DNA of 64,000 nt from assembly GCF_964355755.1 (NCBI RefSeq), contig NC_092672.1, positions 31,316,437 through 31,380,436 on the forward strand. Direction: 5' to 3'. The notes under the pieces were generated by a model, which saw nothing but the letters and a program-made list of their open reading frames with translations, ran no database searches and had not been told where the DNA came from. The DNA is from Antedon mediterranea (lineage: Eukaryota; Animalia; Echinodermata). Below, piece after piece: positions 50,501 to 64,000 of the stretch (positions are counted from its first letter, which is position 1; every line of letters starts with the position of its first letter). Made by a program: the position numbers and the translations under genes.

Positions 50501-53500
50501 CGCCAGCTATAGCTAGTGGAGCCAACGTGAGGCAAAAAACAGCCATGATTATATTTGATGGTATCGGAGTCGCACTATCAAATACAAATTAGCTTTGGGA
50601 GACAGAATTCTTGTTTAATTTCTCAACGAATTAAAATTTCTCTTGAAGCTATCAAAGTTTTTAGGAGCCTTATAACGAAGCGTGCATCATTGATATTAAA
50701 ACATCATGTTTATTGTACGATGACAATTAGCAGTAAAAATTATTCTGAACACCTAATTTGTCGTTTGTTTGAAAACGTGTTCAATGGTTGAGTGAAGATT
50801 TTTACAATCATAAAAAGTATGCACACAACCTAATCATACTAAATTAACATGTTCATTAGTACACAAAATATTTCAAAATATGTACTATTAGATAATTAGT
50901 ACATTATTATAATGTGATTATTATGAGAAAATTATTATTTTTATTATACATTCATTTTCTGGTTATGATTTTTATAATGGTTTATTCATGTTACTAATAA
51001 TAAAATAATAGCATTATAAGTAGTTACACAATTTTAAAAATGGTTGACCTTGGTTCAAATCACTTTATAAGTCATGACAATTATCTTTAAACAAAGGCTG
51101 ACTCATATTTTACAGTTAATGAACATGGCTCTATGGGGAGGAGTTTATAGTGGGGAGGGGGAGGGGGAGATGGTGGTCTATAGACAACGCCATCACTCAC
51201 ATCCTCGTGAGTTATCGTTGTTACTGTGCGCCACCTTGCGCCCTATCGAGGGACATTGTTTACATATAGAGTTAGTTTGTTCGTGTTACATTATATATTG
51301 TGTCGGTTGATATTATATTCGTTTATACATTAAAGTGTTCATATCTTTATTGCCGCAAGTGTTTATAGAGAAGGTTGGCACCAACCCTCTTCCCACCTCT
51401 GTATATGAAGCTATATTTGTATTGCCAGGCTTAAAAATACACATATATTGATCATAAAGCTATGTGATAATACCTGATTGGAAAGTAGATGTTCTATATA
51501 AGTAGTAATAGTGTAGTAACAATACAGCTGTTGTTATCGGATTGGATTCGAACCTACGACCTCTAGATTAATCATAAAAACTAGTCACAATAGAAACCAA
51601 TGATAGAATTTAATTATTATTGTATTTTAACACTTAGAAATCAAATTGACAGTTGCTTTTAATTCCAATATTGTATTTTGCTTTGTTATTGATTCTTTCA
51701 CAGGTTATGTGATCTTGTTGTAGCATCCCCAGGTGGAGATCAGAGGTTTATTCCCATCAGAAACAAATTGTATTTAATACAGTAATCTATCTCTAATCAC
51801 TGGGAATGAAAATGTACTGAAAATGTATGAGAAATTACACAATTGTTATTGTTTTTTTACATTCTTAGATCAAAAGCTAGGATCATAGGAGATGATCAAG
51901 CTTGTGCTTGATGGATTGAGCCAGGATTCCTTTAGACCATAATTTGTTTTTAGTGAATAATAAGTAAGTCTATAGAATTACATAGAATGATTTTGATTGA
52001 TCTTTGGATTGTGTTAGAATAATAAGCATTGTTTTAGTGAAATCCTAAATTTGAAATTTATCATATTCAGCAATTGTTAATTTCAGTTTTAACTACAAAC
52101 AAGTTCTTAGAGTAAAGCCAAGTGAATCATCTATCTTTATCCCAGCCTTCATGAACAAATAACGTTGAATTAATAGTATTTGTATGATTTTAAAACTATC
52201 AAAATATGATTACTACCCCTGGATTGAACTCTTTAACAATGGCACAGTAGAATCAAAATTTTACGTCCAGTTCAATAGTAACTGCATGAAGACTAACGAG
52301 CCATACACGATAAGCACACACATCTTGCAGATTTAAGTTTACAATACAAAATGTGAACGCATCTTTCTTGAACGGCGACTAATTGCTAGAACAATGAGCC
52401 ATGCGAACAGTTCCTTCTGCATGAATTATTCACGATTGTTTTTTCAACTGTTCAACTCCAGCTGTCTCTGGCAATGTTTACAATATTAAAGGTTTACTTT
52501 TGTTTCTTGTAGAAAATCTTTTCCTGTTGCGTAGAAAGAATAACAATTTGCCAATATTTTGATACCCAGCAATTTAAGGTTACTGTCTTGGTAAAGAATG
52601 ATAATTTGTGGAATTGTAACACGAGTTGCGCACAATGCAATAGACAAATTTCTTAAAAGATGGTAATTATAGTGCCTGTTGTCATTTGTGGTATATTATG
52701 GTAATTTTTAAGTAGTTTATATGTGCAAATAATTTAAAATTACAGACAACCTGACTAAAAATTTTAAGAAGAAACCCCTTAAATTAATGTAGCAGACGAC
52801 AGTAAAAAATGAACAGACTATGACAGTGAATGCAGCAGACGACAGTAAAAATGGAGCAGGAGCCAAAAATTAAGAGAAGAAAGTTAAAAAGTACTTAAAA
52901 GTACATCTTCCAAAAAAAAAATTCGGTCAGATCAGTAGTATAACCTTTGTATTACTCCCAGTATTACTGTATTATCATAATTATAAATGAGAACTATTTT
53001 GCCCCATATACAAAGAAGGTTAAGAATAATGGCATGTACTTTACTTAACATAGCATCCTATAATAAAGTGCTAGGGTCAATTACAAAAAACGCAATGCAT
53101 CTTAATATCTGCCAACAAAATATGACACGTGTCTTTATTGAATAGGGGTTGGCCATACAGTTTAAACATATATCCAATTGGATGTCCCTTGGAAACAGGT
53201 TTCTATATTATTATAGCTTGTGATGTTGTATCGTAAATTATTAAAACATATATTTCCCTTGTTTAATGTATAATATATAACAGTAAAGTGACCCCTTAAT
53301 AGGGATGTCAGCTGTATAGGGATTGAGCATAACATTAAACCTATATTGTCCCTTGTTTGTATCAAAAGAAAATGTCCCTTAAAGCAGTTGTATTAAAAAC
53401 TAAGTTTCTTATCATTCTTTTTCAAGGGAAAATGTCTCCTTAATAGGAGGTTTTAGTAGTGGAATAAAAAAAATCTATAACATCTAGGAAAGAACATCAT

Positions 53501-56500
53501 GTATTTAAAAAATCTCAATCATCGATATCAACAGGAGGGTAAATCTTCAATTAGTTCAAATTACTAAAGCAAAGATTTACGTCAACTCCAAAGAATGCAT
53601 ACAAATACATTGTTCTTCATTACGTGTTCTAAAGCAAACACATGTTTTATTGTTGTTTTTATCTGCATCAGATAAAACCGAAGACTTGGCAGAAATTCTT
53701 TATCGTATGGATCATCAAAAGGGCTTTAGCCAGCTACAGCAAACAGACTTGTAAAGTTCAGAGAGAGTGTGTTTACTCAAAATAACTAATTAGATGCATG
53801 GTAGCGGTAGTAGACATCAACAGTTAATATTTGTTCATAGATGAAATAATCTTTATAATTATTTACACCAACTAATAAATATCAAAAGATTACTTAATTT
53901 GAATTTTAAAAAACAAATTTACAAAAAATTTAAATATATAAAACAATTTTCTTTGTGGTATGGTATAGCATTTTTTTTAGGAGGTGGAGGGGGTGGGGGT
54001 GGAAAGGAGGGATATTATATGAAACCAAATTATCCTTTCAATTGACATAAAGTAAAATACACACACTACATGAAACATCATCAACTATTTTTCATTGTTT
54101 GTCAATTTTCTAACAAATTATGTAATCTTAGAACTACGGAATAGCGTCCACACAATAGATTCCAAAAAACCTCTCAACTTATACCACAAATCAATACAAC
54201 TTAACAATAATAATATGGATAGGATATGTTTGTACTCTTGAGAGAAAAAAACAAAACAAAGACTGTTATATTTTCATTGTTTGTCTTCCAGCAACTAATG
54301 ATAGGCAAGTGCTGTATGTAAGTTGATACTTCAGGAATAATTCCATAAAATTAAACTGACTTATGAACAATTGGACTGATTTTACGCATGAATCTAAAAT
54401 TTCGATCGAACGTTGATAAGGTTTTGTGTTATTTTTTATCTGATTTAGTATTATTCTGATATTTTACATTTTATAATTTGCATACAACAACTTGTAGTTC
54501 ATGTTTTCAACGTTGTGTATATATAATTCGTGGTGATTCACAAATTCATAAATTGTTTTGGAAAAGCTTATTGTCCAGTCAATGTACTAAAATACACATA
54601 ACGATCTCATCAAAGAAAATGCATTATTTTTTTAACCCAATCTAATACAATTAATTTTGAATATGACCAAAGCTTTCTTGCGGCATCTTAGAAAGATAAT
54701 ATCAGTTCATATTGCCTTTGTAAAAAAATCCCCAAAGTTTTCGACCATATCATCTAACCGATTTCTTTGTTTCCACAACGCTTATTAAAAAGAAATTCAT
54801 ATTCAATAAAAAAGTTCATAATACTCCAGCCAGAAGATTTAATCAAATTTTAAAATAAATAACTCTTAATAGTCTTTTGTGCGCATTATTTTTGTTATGT
54901 TATAGGCGTTGATATAATGATGTACGCTTTATGTAAAGCAATTATTCATGGAAAAAAATTAGATCAGAAGTTGGTGCACTTTCCGGACATCTGGTAAGTG
55001 TGTTAGTTTAGCTGTACTTTTGAATGTAAAATATAAAAATAATTCGTGTTTTATTAACTATTCGACAATGTATTAACATGTGTTAAGTTATTTGTTATTG
55101 AGTACGGTATTTGAAGCTTTTAATTTTCAATTTTTTAATAAAGCCAGTATATACTTCTGAGACAAGACAATGTATTAACACGTTCTAATATTATGTTGTG
55201 TTGAATTGAATATTACCAGCCTTTTATTCTATGTCAGTGGCATAATGTATGGGGCAAAGGCCCCTGGTTTAGCACTTCTTATACTGGGTAGTTGCATGGG
55301 AGCTGCTCATGCTCTGGGGATCTGGTGTTTAGCCAGTGAGCACTCATAACCATTATGACACTGTTCTATGCTTTGATAGAGTCAGTATGTATAAGAATGT
55401 TGAACATGTGTGAGTGAAGGTATCTGTTGAAAATAGGCTTTTTATGCTTTCTTAGAGTTAGCAAATCAATATAGGTATTCAGTCAACGCTCCCAATACCG
55501 GACACCCTCAAGCTGGTTGTATGTCAGCATTTCTGAAATGCTAGGTATTCCTAAATGTATTTTTAATGGTAAAAAAAACTTTGGACCTCAAGAAAAGTCT
55601 GGAGAGTTTCCGGTTGACTGAGTCTGGAAATGTCGAGTTTATGATCATAATTGTATTACAATTAGTAAATGGTTCCTCAAAAATAAAAACTTACCCCAGG
55701 TGCTAAAAGAGGCATTGAGCACCTCTGTTCGTCTAGCCTGCTACTTTGCATTTTCGTTATAAATTCAAAAAAATTTAATTCAACCTGAAAGAGAAGCAAA
55801 AGTTCAAATATAAGTAAACTTTTATGAATGAACAGCAGGAAACAACATTTTCTCAAATTGGGCAAAACATCTTGAACTTCCTGCAAACAAATATCAAGCA
55901 TTCTTAGTAGAGTATGTATCAAAAAAATTCTGTCCCAGAACCGGTTAACTTAATTTAATAAAATAGTACATTTAATTCAACTTTATATCTATGTTAAATA
56001 TCTATCTGGTCCAGCGCATTACAAATAAATAAGATTAATCTATAATAACTTACATAATTTATTCAAATCATATCTCAAGGCGAAGATCATCACAAAAGTT
56101 TAATCAAAGAAGTTGTGAAAAATGGCCTTAAAATAAACACTAATCTTAGATTACTTTATCATTAAACGGTCCTACTTTAAATTGATTCGTTTTCATGTTT
56201 AGTTTAGCACAGTAAGACCTCGATTTGATTATGATCTAATCACGCATCTAATCACGCCAATGGTGATACATATGGGCTAGTTAGTTTATGACTAATAAAT
56301 AAACCAGCGAGGAGTTACTTGTATTTCTGTGTAAAATCAACAAAGAAGTCATGGTTTGTTTAGCGACTAGCCTTCGGGGTTTATAACCGCAAACAATCAG
56401 CTTATTCAACGCCTTCTTTAAAGTTGAATTCTATATGCAAATATTGCGATAGTTTGGAAATATAACCCTGTTTTATGTAACCAATATTAAAAGCTTGTCT

Positions 56501-59500
56501 GTGGTTTTAAACATTAAATGACATTAAAACTATGTTACATCAACAGTTAATGTTTCAATTCAAGCAACCGTTGTTGTATTGTGCCATAGTTTTTAAGAAT
56601 GTTTTTGTTGATACAATACCAGTAATTTCTCAGGGCTAAAACGTGACGTTATTAATCCATTTACAGGTGACTACTATCAGAAATCATGAGATATATTTAA
56701 AATAGAATTAATGATTTTAGGGAAGGATCCAGGATTTTCAATAGAGGCAGTCGAGGCGACTAATAATTGTAAAATGAAGTGCTCATGAACATATAAATTT
56801 TAATTGCATTGTAATTTTTTGATACGCATCCAATTGCGAGTAATTCATCAATTACAGAACTATTTTATAATTTTTTGTGCTTATAATCTAATTCTAATTT
56901 GAGGCTTAGGGAGTGCAGTTTAAGGAGTCATGAGTTACAACGCTGGCCCTTAGGTCAGGATTGAATCCTGAACCAAGCTACAGCCACTAATTTTTCAAAA
57001 TTTAGCGAGGAAAGAGAGAGAAACAGGCTGAAAGCTCCTTTATGTCTATTAATGATTTTAAAAAATCATAAACATTAAATATATAAAATCTAATTTATTT
57101 TTATTACTGCCTTTCCGCTGAAAAGTCTGGCGACATTTCCGCTTGGGCTGCTCCGTAAATCTCTTTTACTAGTTTCTTCCAGTCTCATCTTTCATTGGCT
57201 AGTTCTTTAAGTTGTTTCATGTCTTTCTTGGTTTTCAATTGTCCGGGATACTTAATGTCTGTATTATGCTTATAAAGGGTGAGTAGGTCGTTGCTGAGAG
57301 TTATTGGTAGGGTGGTTCTCGGTCTTCCTCGAAATTTTATATTGGTAGTGTTGCTGAAATAATAGCTTATTGCTGTGTTGGCTGGTGTACATGGGTCTTG
57401 TCTAAGTATGTGACCCAATAGTCTCCATCTTGCGTCGACTATTTCTAATGAAATCGTTAGCATCTAATATCTATATTAATCAACTATAAAGTATGTGCGT
57501 CTTTACTTTAATATACCTTTCAAGAGGATTATATTAATGCAAGGTTAATTGGGTATCGTGGGATGCTATTTGAACATCTAGAACTTGGGGTAAAAGTCCT
57601 TGGACTTGAATCTATTTCAATGAGAATAAATTCAATAAATGTATTTGTTGATGAGTTATTTAAATTTCAGCCTTGGTTTTACTATAGCATAAGAACAAAA
57701 TAGAAACACCCTTACAGTACACACCACAAACGGCCTTGTAAATAGATAATAATACTTAATTCTAAACCTATATATAATAATATAATTCAAAGTAATCAAT
57801 AAGTCTGTTTTGTTCGTTTCGTTCCAAAAGATTTCCTCTCGTGAGAAAAAGTTCAGAAACAAAATAAAATCCAGTCAATGCTTTTCATATATCAATCATG
57901 TTTAATGGTTTTGAAAATGAAAAAAAAAAACAAATTTAAGAGTTTTGTGCTACAGGCATAAAACCAATATCATAGCAGAAAGATAAATAAAAATGTATTT
58001 CTTTACTTTTTAAGCATTTATCATCATAAATCAATCAATCATCTTCAAATTTTATTGTGTATTATAACATATTTCGTTTATGTTTTACATACCACATCTT
58101 TCTTTATTAAGAAGAGAGTAAATTTATTCAAATCTATTACAAGCGAACTTTAACAGGTGGTAGTTTGGTTTTGGTTCAATTTAAATCTTTACATTTTCCC
58201 TCTCGTCTGTCCTCCAGCACCTCAACCCGCCCCACCAGTGGAAATGACTTAGTGCCAAGTATGGCTATGGACCTTTTCACTTCTCTATGTAAAATACTGT
58301 ATCCTTTTAATCTCATGGTTTAAGAGTCTTCAGCAAATAAATTTCTGAACAATTATAAAATGATTTATTCTTTGTCTTTTTTTGCAAAGTTCAATCGATG
58401 CTATGAAGGTGTGCATTGAAATAAATTATTTTTTATTGTTGGTGATACGCACTCTAGTACATACACTAAAGATATGATACACTTTGCTAAACCATACAAG
58501 GTCATTGCTTCGCATTTATAGAAATGAAATACACATCAGACAAAGCTTTTCAATCTTTAAAAACATTCTCTATAATCTTTCAAACATTTAATTCGACAAT
58601 TTTGGTACCTGCAAGATTTGGGAATTACTTTTTACGGGTTTTAAAGTACGGTACTCTTATCGCCACCTGCTAAATTATAATCATGTATGGCGATTGTTAT
58701 GTTCTTTGTCCTAAACATATTTATCTTTGCTGTCTTCAAAGTTTGGCGCTTTGTACAAAAATGATTTATTATAACTTTTCAATTCCAATAAAGGCAATTA
58801 TTAAAAATTAACTATTAATCAAAATATACATTTGTCGGCCAGATAAAACTGATGAAAAAATTTGTCATAAATTGATGATCGTGAGAAATAATTAAATGTA
58901 AATAGAACTGAATTTGTTTTTATATCTACCAATTTCCATAATAAATAATTTAATGTTTAATATGTTGTACAAAAATGAATATATAAATAGCGACCTAAAA
59001 AATTAGGAAAATTATTGGGACAGATGGAAAGTCCAAAAGATATGTGCGTCCGGTGTATTATCGCCATGACAACAGCGACGACACATTAACGCTGTAATGG
59101 CTGGTATAATCCCTATGTACACGGGTCCATGACATGAGTAGTAATCCTAGTCTGCAGCAACACCACGATCGCGGAATCAACAGAGTTCCGAATGGCATTC
59201 GCATGGATTAAAAGATTTGTTTTGCACTCATGAACGGTGTGTGTGTATGGAGTTTGTGGCATTATAGGGAAGGCCATGCAGACCACAGTATAGGACTTTA
59301 TAACAGGGTGATTACGTGCTCATCAAGGTCTTTGACATTTGGTTTTTGTAATTCAGTTATTAAAATTAAAATTCCATACACAGAAATCTGCATATTATAT
59401 TATTGTATAATAATATGAGAACATCGACTACTGCATTTAATTAAGGTTGATCTCTAAAATAGAGTACACTATTGTTTTATTCTACATTTTATTTTGGCAA

Positions 59501-60729
59501 AACAAACAACAATGCAAATACTTCAATGTTATTTTTTAAACCTAAATCATTCCCATTAAAAGAATGAAAGAAACGGTCAGAAATTTAAATAAATTTTATT
59601 TTAAGCTGTAAAAATACTATCTTGAAAAAATGTATATTTAATAAAATATTATAAGTAATATAACAAATTTAATGAAACACTATAATTCTATGATTATATT
59701 TATTTAAGATACAAAATTTAGACAAAGGTAATTAATTTCATAATATTTCTTTCTATGTACGAATTATTTCTGTAAGTCAAGCACAACATTATCAGCTGAC
59801 CAATAAAACAAGCGTGTCTCGCTCGTAATCCGTAAAACTACAATTAATTCCACGATAAACATTTTAGCAACCTACATTTCAGGAAATTTTCCGACTATGA
59901 GAAATATCATGCTCAATTACTTTAAGACAGTTGATGCGTTTATTTTGTCCATAGATTGAGAGAAAAAAAAAGTATTTATTAAAATGGTTCAAGAGACTAA
60001 CATGTTCCTTATGTTTAACTCCCCTGGCTGAAATCTATCATCATTGCAAACAACCCTCGGGAATTGTTTCGCACTCGGCAAGAGGATAATGCATGTGTAA
60101 CTGCAGATTTAATGTCGTCATTAAATAATCATTGCAAACCACTTTTGGCATCTGTTATGACTTTCTGTAAAAATTGAAATATCGAGTATTCGATATTCAA
60201 TCACCTCTAAAGAACAGTGCAGTAAATACTTTGATATGAATAAATAAGATTTTGATGCTAACTATATTAATACAGTAGATAGACCCTTGATTAAGGGCGG
60301 GACACCTTCTAGACCAAACAGACTATCCATTAGGGATGTTTACTCAATATAATAGGGGTTGGTTTAGTGTTGAAACAGATATTTCTCTTCATTCATGTTC
60401 ACAAGCCTGGATTTCAACATAAAGCTTGGTTCCCACTTTGACACAATGCAAGAACGTAATTACAACTCAAGTAGTTTGACCAATTACAAGTGTTGGATTA
60501 ATCAAACTGTCGCTTGTCATTGGTCAACTAGGTTGCGTTGTGCGAACGTTCTAGCGTTACATGCTAGTGGTAACCAAGTTATGATTCAAAATTTTAGTAT
60601 GTAGTAATACATGGAATATTCTAGGTTTGCAGTTTAATTATACCAAAAAAAAATAAAAATACTTACATCGACATCTGGTGATGTTGGTTTTAGAGGAACA
60701 TGATCCTCACAGTACAACTGCACATCCAT
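35504..60729 (-). CDS. RAP1GAP: Rap1 GTPase-activating protein (Rap1GAP family, GoLoco-containing)
   Basis: Phase-consistent minus-strand exons: 60729(ATG; acceptor at 60739)-60667, 55784-55695, 48990-48913, 48317-48117, 43856-43671, 42390-42337, 42010-41826, 41220-41091, 40858-40703, 40102-39944, 39020-38763, 38621-38494, 38155-37939, 36097-35903, 35629-35504 (TAA). Motifs: GoLoco [65 protein letters not shown] (Asn thumb), [16 protein letters not shown]. Upstream exons probably exist, because the first exon found has an acceptor. Confidence 0.95.
36110..36500. repeat. AATC/ATTG-rich low-complexity intronic repeat
   Basis: Irregular repeats of AATCAATAATCATGGATTGAT. Confidence 0.7.
39717..39889. 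repeat. Inverted duplication (~75-bp arms) of a Penelope-like terminal sequence
   Basis: TTGATATAAAGTTTGCGGTACACCACG...TCTGAAAAGAACTGTTGAGTTTC... and its reverse complement. Related sequence at ~11032-11130. Confidence 0.6.
40404..40566. mobile_element. Harbinger-like MITE, same family as 3545-3946
   Basis: TCTGTCTACATTATCAAACTT ... AAGTTTGATAATGTAGACAGAGCT, with internal AAATATGGTAGTGATAT motifs. Confidence 0.7.
43033..43150 (-). pseudogene. Highly degraded 5S rRNA-like copy
   Basis: Minus strand ...ATGTTGAAAACAGCAGTTCTCGT...GCAACATTGGGCCCAGTTAGCACTTGGAT...GATGTTGTAGGCT. Confidence 0.5.
44716..45472. repeat. 44-bp pyrimidine-rich minisatellite (~17 copies) containing CCCTAACCC
   Basis: Unit CCCTTCCACTTTCCACACCTCCCTCATCCCCTCTCACACCCTAA. 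Confidence 0.9.
45518..47566. repeat. 56-bp tandem repeat (~36 copies) made of a MITE left terminus plus flank; the MITE body continues to ~47952
   Basis: Unit TACAGTATAGAACCGCTATTGAGGGGACATCTTCAGACCTCAGGAATACCTCCTAA. Right terminus AGGGTTATACTG-TA at 47941-47954. Confidence 0.9.
48500..48785. repeat. 18-bp tandem repeat (~15 copies)
   Basis: GGTGATAATAGTGATTAT repeated. It produces the spurious MVIIVI ORF. Confidence 0.9.
57110..57465 (-). mobile_element. 3' fragment of an RTE-clade LINE
   Basis: [17 protein letters not shown]...[12 protein letters not shown]...LKELANER, then WKKLV in another frame. This is a typical RTE C-terminus. Confidence 0.7.
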
Positions 60730-63700
60730 GTTCTTCCTCCTGCAAAACAAAAAATTATTTTTTTTTAATTTTTGAAAATAAAAACAAAAGTATATAATCA
60801 TTATGAAAATAATGATTACATTTTATTTCAAATGTATTTATATCCTATAAAATTACCAAGTTATCAAAATAGACTTCTCGATACCACACAAACCACTGAC
60901 GCCTTGACTTTAAATAATGATATACAAGAAACAAACGCAGATATAATATATAAAGAAAGAAATTTCTGTTTAATTCATTTTAAATTTAAAAAAAAATCAT
61001 GGAAAGATATTTTGTATAGTTCATGAAATTTTGTTTAATTATTAAAAAAATATGTAGTTAAAAATTAAAAATGATGACCTCATTAAATGACCTACTATAT
61101 GTCTGTTTTTTTTTTGTCTGAAAAAGAATTTTGAGACTTTTGGGACTTAAAGTAAAGTCTGGTTTTAAAGTTTCTGGTTTTCAGATACCGTAGTATTGAT
61201 TATTAGAGAATGAAACAATCAAATGATATAAGAATTAAATTTATTTATAAATTATGCATAAATAAATCCCTCAATATATCTTCTCACCACTATCCTCCGT
61301 TGCCTTTCCATCAATGATTTGAATTTTTAGTTTTATGTGGGTCTTACAACCTTGCCCTAGAATTCAATGTAACAACTGTATTTCTCACAATTACTAACTG
61401 TACTCGTTTAATCCTAAAAGAAACTATTGTAAATGATTTTGAACAATTTCCTTTTTTATGTCTAAACACGTACTTCGATCTTCCTTCCACAATTGGTATA
61501 TAAATAGTTTTGTCAATAACACTTAAGGAAATCAATGTAACTGAAGGGTGTTAGAAAATATTTGGACAATACTTTAGTGATAACACAAATCTCTGATAGG
61601 AACAATACCGAACAGACAGCGCATAAGCTAACAAAAGCGTGCGATGTTTGTTTAAAACCTCTAGCATGCTTGAGAAGATCGCAAGCTTTTGGTTGCTGTA
61701 TCAAACTGAACACCTTAAAGGTATTGAATAAGACAAGATAAACAATATAGAAAGTTGTTGTTGTTATGTAAATTTGACAACATTGTACGCAAACTATAAA
61801 CAAACATAGAAAAAACACTTCATGTACAAATTTTTCCATTTGTGTAAACATGGATGTATGGTTCTTTCTCTCTTCTTCGTTATTTAAATAACAGTTCAAC
61901 AAAGGCAGTAACCATTAACATACAGAAGTTAAAGAAGAATATGTGGAGCTGTTTTAGAGTCATAAATTAGAAAGCAATGCATTGTCTCATAACGATCCTT
62001 TTTTAAATTAAGTTATACCAAAATAAGGACTTAAGAATACACAATAAGTATTGCTAAATTTACAAATATAATAAATACCTCAATAGAGTGAATTATCTCC
62101 CTCTCACCTGTGTACACCTGGGTGGGTTCTCCAGGTAAACAGGTAAGACTTTTCAAGATAACAATTGTATTTAAATAGTCAACACAAAAGAATGTTAATA
62201 TGACTCATTTTAGCAATTACAAATATTAGGACGATAAATTCATACCACAAAAATTGATAACAAAATACCTGAATTAATATTATTTGGATATTAATAGGAT
62301 GGATTTAGTTTTATCAAGGGTGGTAATGAAAAAAATGATGACATCACTGTATCTATAATCTTTTTGTCTGCATATTACTACTACAGTAGTCCATCAATAC
62401 ACTCCCAAATGCAAAAATCCGAAAAGTGAATTGGCCACTATTCAAAGCATTCACTGGACCTGGGCAAGCCCAAATCTGTAGCGCAACTATGAGCACTCAC
62501 TGGCTAAACCAAGGGCCTCAGAGCTTACAGGGCTCCAGGGTAACTTCCCAGTGTTGGAGGACCCCTTAGAAAGTCCTAAACCAGGGGCCTTTGCACACTG
62601 CGTTTGCAACTGCCCCGAATATATGGATTTTCCATTCCATTTTACTAATTTAACACAATTTGTGGTATAGAAAAGATTGAACCAAATACTTTGCATTCGT
62701 AAGCAAGAATTTTAACAACCAAGTTTGAATACCACTAAAAACCTCATCTGTCAACTGCGTAATTTAAGTTCAGTTGCATGGATTATAACGGTAATAAAAA
62801 ATACTTGCAACAACGGAAATTGAGAAAACATGCTCTTATTCTATTATCAATAATGTTCTATTTAAACATTTGATTGCATTTTACAATTAATGTTGACTGA
62901 TTCTATTGTAATTAAGTTTAAAGGGTTGAGTAAAAGGAAGTTAAATGTGAAATTTACCACGCTGATTTATAAGGCGATACTACGTCTACGATTTAATTGA
63001 AATAATTCTGTTCTAGTTTCAATGACTCTTACACTTTCATCAGAAAAAACAACACAAGGTTTACATAATGAATAGGTATTGACAGACAGGCATGTTTTAG
63101 TATTTTTGCTGATTTGATAAGCCCACTCTGGGATGTATAAGCCTATTCCTAGAGTAATAGTTATTAAATAAAGATATATTTTACTATTTAAGAAACACTT
63201 CATTAAAAACCAAATGAAAAAGTTTTAAGTTCAATAGTAAACATTTGTTTAAAAAGAATCTCAAAATCAACCAGGAAAAACTAATTGAATATGAAACAGT
63301 AAATATTGAAAACATCTTAAGAATTAAATAAGCGATACCCTGTGGGCTCGAACACAGAATCTTCTGCTTAATATGTAGATGCCCTACCATTAGACCGTAT
63401 AATCAAATGTAACAGTGATAGTGCTTGAAGCTTCTTGTAGAATACTAATTCCTAATACTTGGCATAACAGCACGTACAGTATACTAACTATAAAGAACTT
63501 GTACAAGTATGTACTTGAAAATGTTAAAAAACTATTTATTTATGTGTCAGTATTAACCAAGCATTGTTTATTAGTATAACCTATATATTGTTATTCTTTA
63601 TTTTCTGTTCAAACATTAATACCTCATGTTGTTGATAATTAATTAATAATTGGAGCAACAGATGGAGCTGACATTTGGAAACCAGAAAGTTCACTTCTGT

Positions 63701-64000
63701 AGTCTTCTTACAGAGACAAGTTACTCTATATAAAATATATTTTTATAATATAGTTTTTTTTATGAATAATTGTTACTCAGCAGAACCTCTTCCTTTGGGA
63801 CAACCTTAAGGGTACACTTTGTGAAACTAAAAAGGAAAAAAATATTATGTTTAACAGGACGGTCAACCCTTAATCAGGGACAATTACAGTAGTAAATTTG
63901 GTCAGACAAAATGTTTGGCGAAAAATATATTTGGTGACAAATAAATTTATTGACAAATAAATTTGATGACAAATAGGTTTAGTGAGAAATATTAAGTTAG

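Noticed and set aside
61344-63390. Short minus-strand ORFs upstream of Rap1GAP as additional exons or genes
   Set aside because: No recognisable homology or convincing splice-phase match; the composition is typical of AT-rich non-coding DNA.

Overview
AT-rich, intron-rich animal genomic DNA, most likely an echinoderm judging by the sea-urchin-like U2 snRNA. It is not prokaryotic and has no CRISPR. I assembled three protein genes by hand from splice sites and reading phase. (1) The first coding exon of a cyclophilin (PPIH-like) on the minus strand at 1279-1347, missed by the ORF track and head-to-head with ARMC9. (2) A complete multi-exon ARMC9 gene (+, 2086-21724) with a U12-type intron followed by a 16-nt micro-exon. 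(3) A convergent Rap1GAP gene (-, 60729 to 35504) with a GoLoco motif, GAP domain, coiled coil and a C-terminal SDV. One ARMC9 intron holds, antisense, a structurally intact U2 snRNA gene and a 5S rRNA-like sequence fused to a tRNA-derived SINE. The intergenic region is a nest: a tandem array of MITE-like foldback units, interrupted by an Academ-type transposon with ~1.1-kb TIRs (itself carrying an L1/Tx1 fragment) and by a CR1-like LINE. A single TA-flanked MITE family seeded several different minisatellites. I found no clearly new enzymatic system. The best leads are the intronic U2/5S-tRNA cluster, the U12 intron plus micro-exon, and the MITE-to-satellite conversions. All identifications come from recognising sequence; no searches were run.
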